Of a stretch of 11,245 nucleotides of DNA, positions 6,402 to 11,245 are shown piece after piece. This DNA is from a virus (Duplodnaviria > Heunggongvirae > Uroviricota > Caudoviricetes). The notes under the pieces are model-generated. The model saw only the letters and a program-made list of their open reading frames with translations. It was not told where the DNA came from and ran no database searches. The translations under genes and the position numbers were made by a program. The first letter of the stretch is position 1. Every line of letters starts with the position of its first letter. The stretch lies in IMG/VR virus record IMGVR_UViG_2740892230_000007. The stretch is one strand, 5' to 3'.

Positions 6402-8334
6402 ATCCTGGTTCAGGATGCAGGCGGGTGGTCAGGGTGAGGCGGATATTTATATTTATGACGAGATTGGTTTCTGGGGAGTTACCGCGAAGCAGTTTGTCAG
6501 CGATATGAATGCCCTGGGTGATATCACCCACATTAATCTCCACATCAACTCACCGGGTGGCGATGTCTTTGAAGGCATCGCCATTTTTAATGCCCTGAAA
6601 AATCACGGTGCGGCCATTACCGTGTATGTGGATGGCGTTGCCGCCTCGATGGCATCCCTGATTGCGATGGCCGGTGACACGGTCATTATGCCGGAAAATG
6701 CCTTCATGATGATCCATAAACCCTGGGGGATCAGCGGTGGTGATGCGGAGAAAATGCGCACTTATGCCGAACGTCTGGACAAACTTGAGTCGGTTATGGT
6801 GCCGGTATATGCGCAGAAAACCGGAAAAACTACCGATGAAATTGCCGCCATGCTGGCGGATGAGACCTGGATGTCCGGTGCCGAGTGTCTGGCACACGGA
6901 TTTGCAGACCAGGTGACGCCAGCCGTTAAGGCAATGGCATGTANNNNNNNNNNCCGAAATATGATCACGCAGCCATACAACAGTGCCCCGCGTGATACCA
7001 CAGTGACAATCCCTGCACCGGCGGTAACAGAACCATCACCGGTACCGGCAGTGTCTGATGAGGCGACCATTCGCGCCCGCGTTATGGCAGAACAGAAAGC
7101 CCGCATGTCAGGCATTAACGATCTGTTTGCCATGTTCGGCGGTCGCTATCAGACGCTTCAGGCACAGTGCGTGGCTGATCCTGACTGTTCGCTGGAAATG
7201 GCCCGTGAACGTCTGCTGAATGAAATGGGCAAGGAGTCCTCGCCGACCAACAAAAATACACCGGCTCATATTTATGCCGGAAACGGCAATTTTGTGGGGG
7301 ACGGGATCCGCCAGGCGATGCTGGCCCGTGCCGGATTTGAAAATGTCGAGAAGGATAACGCCTATAACGGGATGACCCTGCGTGAATGGGCTCGCATGTC
7401 ACTGACGGAGCGCGGTATTGGGGTGGCCAGTTATAACCCCATGCAGATGGTCGGGCTGGCGCTGACGCACAGCACCTCTGATTTTGGCAATATTCTGCTG
7501 GATGTGTCGAACAAGGGGCTGATCCAGGGCTGGGAGGAATCAGAAGAAACCTTCCAGAAGTGGACCCGTAAGGGACGCCTGTCAGACTTCAAAACAGCGT
7601 ATCGCGTGGGGATGGGCGGTTTTGGTTCTCTGCGCCAGGTTCGTGAGGGGGCGGAGTATAAATACATCACCACCTCAGATCGCAAGGAGACCATTGCACT
7701 GGCCACTTACGGGGAGATTTTCTCCATCACCCGCCAGGCCATTATCAATGATGATCTGAATATGCTGGTGGACGTGCCGATGAAGATGGGGCGTGCGGCG
7801 AAGGCAACGATTGGTGACCTGGTTTACAAGGTGCTGACGGATAACCCGAAACTGTCAGACGGTAAGGCGCTGTTCCATGCCGATCACAAAAATATTGCCA
7901 CCGGTGGGATTTCCGTTTCCGGACTGGATGCGGCCCGTCAGATGATGCGCCTGCAGAAAGAAGGCGATCGCGCCCTGAATATCCGTCCGGCCTTTATGCT
8001 GGTACCGGTGGCACTGGAGACGGTGGCGAACCAGACCATCAAATCGGCCAGTGTGAAAGGGGCGGATGCAAACGCCGGTGTCATTAACCCCATCCAGAAC
8101 TTTGCTGAGGTGATTGCAGAAGCGCGTCTTGATGCGGCAGATCCGAAAACCTGGTATCTGGCGGCGGCACAGGGCACTGACACCATTGAAGTGGCCTGGC
8201 TGGATGGTGTGGACACGCCATACATTGATCAGCAGGAAGGTTTCACCACTGACGGCATTGCCACAAAAATCCGTATTGATGCCGGAGTGGCACCACTTGA
8301 CTGGCGCGGGCTGGTGCGTTCGTCGGTGGCCTGA
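6346..8334 (+). CDS. Prohead protease (ClpP/S14-like) fused to scaffold-like linker and HK97-fold major capsid protein; interrupted by an N gap
   Basis: N-terminal part (ADIYIYDEIG...INSPGGDVFEGIAIFNALKNHGAAITVYVDGVAASMASLIAMAGD...MIHKPWG) is ClpP-like. The C-terminal ~400 aa is capsid-like by position and size. Preferred start GTG 6346 (AAGGAGG at 6334-6340); ATG 6391 and ATG 6415 are alternatives. The ORF track's 6199 start overlaps the portal by 200 nt and is rejected. Frame continuity across the gap is not evidence of a real fusion. Confidence 0.75.
   Translation: MPELNNSVSRPPTASMKNKSWFRMQAGGQGEADIYIYDEIGFWGVTAKQFVSDMNALGDITHINLHINSPGGDVFEGIAIFNALKNHGAAITVYVDGVAASMASLIAMAGDTVIMPENAFMMIHKPWGISGGDAEKMRTYAERLDKLESVMVPVYAQKTGKTTDEIAAMLADETWMSGAECLAHGFADQVTPAVKAMACXXXXRNMITQPYNSAPRDTTVTIPAPAVTEPSPVPAVSDEATIRARVMAEQKARMSGINDLFAMFGGRYQTLQAQCVADPDCSLEMARERLLNEMGKESSPTNKNTPAHIYAGNGNFVGDGIRQAMLARAGFENVEKDNAYNGMTLREWARMSLTERGIGVASYNPMQMVGLALTHSTSDFGNILLDVSNKGLIQGWEESEETFQKWTRKGRLSDFKTAYRVGMGGFGSLRQVREGAEYKYITTSDRKETIALATYGEIFSITRQAIINDDLNMLVDVPMKMGRAAKATIGDLVYKVLTDNPKLSDGKALFHADHKNIATGGISVSGLDAARQMMRLQKEGDRALNIRPAFMLVPVALETVANQTIKSASVKGADANAGVINPIQNFAEVIAEARLDAADPKTWYLAAAQGTDTIEVAWLDGVDTPYIDQQEGFTTDGIATKIRIDAGVAPLDWRGLVRSSVA
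6944..6953. other. Assembly gap (10 N) inside the protease/capsid ORF
   Basis: Run of N between the protease domain and the linker region. Confidence 0.95.
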
Positions 8335-8356
8335 TAACCGAGTTATCACAATCACT

Positions 8357-8375
8357 GCCCGAAAGGGCTTTTTTT
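8357..8375 (+). terminator. Putative intrinsic terminator or attenuator after the capsid gene
   Basis: gccc-gaaa-gggc hairpin (4-bp stem, GNRA-type loop) followed by 7 T at 8369-8375, 23 nt after the capsid stop. Short stem, so probably partial termination at best. Confidence 0.4.
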
Positions 8376-8386
8376 ATGCCTGAAAA

Positions 8387-8405
8387 ACAGCCCCACAGGG
8401 GCTGT
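8387..8405 (+). other. Strong hairpin (8-bp stem acagcccc/ggggctgt, 3-nt loop) between the capsid and next gene; no T-tract
   Basis: Perfect inverted repeat read directly; lies 17 nt before ATG 8422. Confidence 0.4.
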
Positions 8406-8421
8406 CCGGAGAAACAGCATT

Positions 8422-8748
8422 ATGGCGAAAAATTTTGTACAGGACGGTACCACCATTGAACTGGTGAATGCCGGAGATCAGACCATCCTGAGCGGTGCTG
8501 CGGTGGTGGTCGGCAGTATGGTGGCCGTGGCCATTACCGATATTCCTGCCGGTGATGCCGGTGACGGTTTTGCCGAAGGCGTGTTCCTTCTGCCCAAACA
8601 GTCTGCTGACGACATTCAGTCCGGCGCGGTGGTTTATCTGAAGGACGGGGTTGTGCAGCTGGCTGCAGAGGGTGCGGTGGCCGCGGGGGTAGCCTGGGAA
8701 AATGCTCCTGCAAACAGCGCCACTGTGGCGGTAAAAATCAATGTCTGA
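8422..8748 (+). CDS. Small Ala/Gly/Val-rich head protein (possible capsid decoration or cement protein, DUF2190-like)
   Basis: 108-aa ORF just after the capsid gene; GGAGA at 8407-8411. Composition and position resemble small head-decoration proteins of lambdoid prophages. Family call is from memory. Confidence 0.5.
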   Translation: MAKNFVQDGTTIELVNAGDQTILSGAAVVVGSMVAVAITDIPAGDAGDGFAEGVFLLPKQSADDIQSGAVVYLKDGVVQLAAEGAVAAGVAWENAPANSATVAVKINV

Positions 8749-9022
8749 TCTGTTTACGCGAATGTGTTGCCGGATGGACGGGGCGACCGTTCGGGTGATG
8801 GGCAAACAGGCGGAGATTAACGGCGTCGTGTATGACGTGATGCCGGAGGAAGAGTCCGCGGAGATGGGGGCGCTTTCGGGCAGCCAGTTGTCACTGGTGG
8901 TGTTTTCAGCCCGGTACCGTCCGGCCCGTCATGATGTTGTTGTGTTTGCGGGGCGCACACTGACGGTGACCCGTTATGACACGTACAACGGTAAACCCCG
9001 GATTTTTGTCGAACAGGAATGA
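8741..9022 (+). CDS. Head-tail joining protein, FII-like
   Basis: 93 aa; 8-nt overlap with the upstream gene. Motifs GVVYDVMPEEES and SLVVFSARY...RTLTV echo lambda gpFII (GVFDDPEN, SLFVRTDEV...DTLTI) as recalled. Sits directly before Z as FII does in lambda. Confidence 0.55.
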   Translation: MSDLFTRMCCRMDGATVRVMGKQAEINGVVYDVMPEEESAEMGALSGSQLSLVVFSARYRPARHDVVVFAGRTLTVTRYDTYNGKPRIFVEQE

Positions 9023-9648
9023 GTATGGCAATAAAAGGTCTGGCGCAGGCCATGAAAAATCTGGATGCAATTGACCGCCGTGCCGTTCCCCGGGCTGCCG
9101 CCACGACACTTAACCGTGTGGCGGAGTCCATCATCGCGAAAACGGCCTCTTCGGTTGCCAGGGAGCTGGCGGTTCCGCGCCGTCTCATCCGTGAGCGTAT
9201 CCGCCTGCAACGGGCCAGCGCAGACAGGGTTTATGCGAAGGTCATCATCAACACCGGTAATCTGCCCGCCATAAAACTGGGGACGGCCAGCGTGCGGCTT
9301 TCCCGCAGAAAGCGACGAAAGAAAGGCGAGCGTTCGGTCACGAAAGGGGGCGGCAGTGTGCTGATTGTGGGGAAAAGACGGATCCCGGACGCCTTTATCA
9401 CCCGGCTGGCTAACGGACGCTGGCATGTGATGCAGCGTATGCCGTGGGCACCATCGTCCACCGGTGCTGACAGCAAAGGGAGGCCGAAACGCCACCGTCT
9501 GCCGATTGAAGTGGTGAAAATTCCGACTGCCGGACCGCTGGCAGAAACCTTTGAACGTGAACGGGACCGGATGTACCGGGAAAAATTACCGGCGCAGATG
9601 ATGAAAGCCATGACGCATCAGTTACGCCTGGTGCTGAAAAGAAAATGA
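9019..9648 (+). CDS. Z: Minor tail protein Z (tail completion)
   Basis: 209 aa. MAIKGLAQA...AVP.AAA..NRVA...AS.VARE...LP.IKLG...LSRRKRRKKG.RS..KGGGSVL.VG.RRIP.AFI..L.NGRWHVMQR matches lambda gpZ as recalled. ATG 9019 overlaps the upstream stop (ATGA). Confidence 0.9.
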   Translation: MSMAIKGLAQAMKNLDAIDRRAVPRAAATTLNRVAESIIAKTASSVARELAVPRRLIRERIRLQRASADRVYAKVIINTGNLPAIKLGTASVRLSRRKRRKKGERSVTKGGGSVLIVGKRRIPDAFITRLANGRWHVMQRMPWAPSSTGADSKGRPKRHRLPIEVVKIPTAGPLAETFERERDRMYREKLPAQMMKAMTHQLRLVLKRK

Positions 9649-9660
9649 CAGGGAGGGTGT

Positions 9661-10059
9661 ATGAAACACCGTGAAATACGGACGGCAGTTCTGTCTGCCC
9701 TGAAAGACAATATTTCTGAGCGGGTGAGCTGGTTTGACGGCCGCCCGGTTTTTATTGATGAACAGGAACTGCCTGCTGTTGCTGTTTACCTGACTGATGC
9801 GTCTGCTGCTGACGAGTTCGTTGATGAGGGGACCTGGGAGGCGACACTGCATATTGAAGTTTTTCTCAGGGCAAAAGAACCGGACTCGGCACTGGATATG
9901 TGGATGGAAGAGAAAATCCTTCCTGCGCTGGAGGCGGTTCCCGGCCTCAGTGCGTTACTGCTGAAGATGAATCTTCAGGGGTATGACTACCGCCGGGATG
10001 ATGAGTTTATGATGTGGGGATCGGCAGATCTCCTGTGGAAAATTACCTACGAGATGTGA
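9661..10059 (+). CDS. U: Tail terminator protein U
   Basis: 132 aa. [14 protein letters not shown]...PAVAVYLT...LHIEVFL...GYDYRRDD...ITYEM is close to lambda gpU (131 aa, MKHTELRAAVLDAL...ITYEM). GGAGG at 9652-9656. Confidence 0.95.
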   Translation: MKHREIRTAVLSALKDNISERVSWFDGRPVFIDEQELPAVAVYLTDASAADEFVDEGTWEATLHIEVFLRAKEPDSALDMWMEEKILPALEAVPGLSALLLKMNLQGYDYRRDDEFMMWGSADLLWKITYEM

Positions 10060-10066
10060 GGACGAT

Positions 10067-10936
10067 ATGGCAATACCAAATCCTCTTGAGCCGGTGAAAG
10101 GTTCCGGCACCACACTATGGGTGTACACCGGCAAGGATGATGCTTATGCCAACCCGTTGTCAGATGATGGCTGGCAGCGACTGGCTAAGGTGAAGGATCT
10201 GACGCCGGGCGAGATGACGGCAGAACCCTACGATGATAACTACCTGGATGATGAAGACGCGGACTGGACCGCGACCGGGCAGGGGCAGAAGTCTGCAGGA
10301 GATACCAGTTTTACGCTGGCCTGGAAACCGGGAGAAGAAGGTCAGAAAGGGCTTATAGGCTGGTTTGAAAGCGGGGATGTGCGGGCCTATAAAATCCGTT
10401 TTCCGAACGGCACGGTGGATGTGTTTCGTGGCTGGGTCAGCANNNNNNNNNNGGAAGGCCAGAAAGGGCTTATAGGCTGGTTTGAAAGCGGCGATGTCCG
10501 GGCCTATAAAATCCGTTTTCCGAATGGCATGGTGGATGTGTTTCGTGGCTGGGTCAGCAGTATCGGTAAGGCCGTGACGGCGAAAGAAGTGATCACCCGC
10601 ACGGTGAAAGTGACCAACGTGGGCAAACCTTCTGTAGCGGAAGAACGCAGCAAAATTACGCCGGTCACTGCGATTAAGGTGACGCCGACATCCGGTACGG
10701 TGGCAAAAGGGAAAACAACCACCCTGACGGTTTCTTTTGAGCCGGAAAGTGCAACAGACAAGACGTTCAGAGCGGTTTCCGCCGATCCGTCGAAAGCCAC
10801 CATTAGTGTGAAAGATATGACAATTACGGTAAACGGCGTGGCGACAGGTAAGGTGCAGATCCCTGTGGTGAGCGGAAATGGTCAGTTCGCCGCAGTGGCT
10901 GAAGTCACCGTTACTGAAGCGGGCGCTGCAGGGTAA
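10067..10936 (+). CDS. V: Major tail protein V (with C-terminal Ig-like domain); contains an artefactual 39-codon duplication across an N gap
   Basis: Near-identical to lambda gpV as recalled ([10 protein letters not shown]...[19 protein letters not shown]...[26 protein letters not shown]...[42 protein letters not shown]...). ORF is 289 aa against 246 for lambda V; the excess equals the duplicated segment plus the gap. Confidence 0.95.
   Translation: MAIPNPLEPVKGSGTTLWVYTGKDDAYANPLSDDGWQRLAKVKDLTPGEMTAEPYDDNYLDDEDADWTATGQGQKSAGDTSFTLAWKPGEEGQKGLIGWFESGDVRAYKIRFPNGTVDVFRGWVSXXXXEGQKGLIGWFESGDVRAYKIRFPNGMVDVFRGWVSSIGKAVTAKEVITRTVKVTNVGKPSVAEERSKITPVTAIKVTPTSGTVAKGKTTTLTVSFEPESATDKTFRAVSADPSKATISVKDMTITVNGVATGKVQIPVVSGNGQFAAVAEVTVTEAGAAG
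10337..10442. repeat. Left copy of a diverged direct repeat inside V (pairs with 10454-10559)
   Basis: Aligns to 10454-10559 at offset 117 with 5 mismatches. Encodes [35 protein letters not shown]; the right copy has M for T at one position. Confidence 0.85.
10443..10452. other. Assembly gap (10 N) between overlapping, non-identical segments inside V
   Basis: Run of N flanked by ~106-bp near-identical direct repeats. Confidence 0.95.
10454..10559. repeat. Right copy of the diverged direct repeat inside V
   Basis: See 10337-10442. Confidence 0.85.
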
Positions 10937-10949
10937 ACGGAGGTCATAC

Positions 10950-11245
10950 ATGTTTCTGAAAACAGAACAATTTGAATATAACGGTGTGTCTGTCACGCTT
11001 TCCGAATTGTCTGCGCTGCAGCGTATCGAGCATCTTGCCCTCCTGAAACGGCGTGCAGAACAGGCAGAATCCAGCGGCAACCTGCAGGTAAGCGTGGAAG
11101 ATCTCGTCAGAACCGGCGCGTTTCTGGTGGCGATGTCCCTGTGGCATAACCATCCACAGAAAACGCAGTCACCGTCAATGAATGAGGCCGTGATGAAGAT
11201 AGAGCAGGAAGTGCTCACCACCTGGCCTGCCGATGCCATTGCCCG
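10950..11245 (+). CDS. G: Tail assembly chaperone G, N-terminal ~98 codons (runs off the window end)
   Basis: MFLKTEQFEYNGVSVTLSELSALQRIEHLALLKRRAEQAESSGNLQVSVEDLVRTGAFLVAMSLWHNHPQKTQSPSMNEAVMKIEQEVLTTWPADAIA closely matches lambda gpG as recalled. ACGGAGG at 10937-10943 before ATG 10950. Not in the ORF track because no stop falls in the window; the G/GT frameshift site would lie beyond the window. Confidence 0.9.
   Translation, partial: MFLKTEQFEYNGVSVTLSELSALQRIEHLALLKRRAEQAESSGNLQVSVEDLVRTGAFLVAMSLWHNHPQKTQSPSMNEAVMKIEQEVLTTWPADAIA

Noticed and set aside
7855-8355. 166-aa ORF on the minus strand, with others at 6550-7706
   Set aside because: Antisense to the capsid/protease gene; no support beyond an open frame.
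8374-8805. 143-aa minus-strand ORF
   Set aside because: Antisense to the small head protein gene and the start of the FII-like gene; no support.
10160-11239. 359-aa ORF on the minus strand
   Set aside because: Antisense to the well-supported V and G genes; Cys/Arg/His-rich with low-complexity composition and spanning an N gap. Typical spurious reverse-frame ORF in GC-rich coding sequence.
1-11245. Search for CRISPR arrays, tRNA or rRNA genes, integrase, transposase or insertion-sequence ends
   Set aside because: No regularly spaced short direct repeats, no cloverleaf-like structure noticed, and every large ORF is accounted for by phage lysis, packaging, head or tail functions.

Overview
This window is the late (lysis-to-tail) region of a lambda-like (lambdoid) prophage of an enterobacterial host, read 5'->3' on the + strand. 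Gene order: 3' end of the Rz/Rz1 spanin pair; a small accessory zone (a 74-aa Cys-containing ORF, a conserved non-coding block, an AT-rich island, and minus-strand YlcI/YnfO-like small genes); an HNH endonuclease fragment; a candidate cos site; then terminase small and large subunits, a gpW-like head completion protein, portal, a ClpP-like protease/major capsid ORF, two small head proteins, and tail proteins Z, U, V and the start of G. Z, U, V and G are close to my recollection of the lambda proteins. The sequence contains five runs of exactly 10 N. Two of them are flanked by diverged direct repeats, and the Rz to YlcI block occurs twice (1-875 and 886-1563), so the window looks like a scaffold stitched from paralogous prophage copies; coordinates and gene integrity near the gaps are unreliable. 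I found no CRISPR array, tRNA, rRNA, transposase or integrase. I see no clear novel multi-gene system; the most interesting item is the small cargo ORF inserted after Rz in one copy only.
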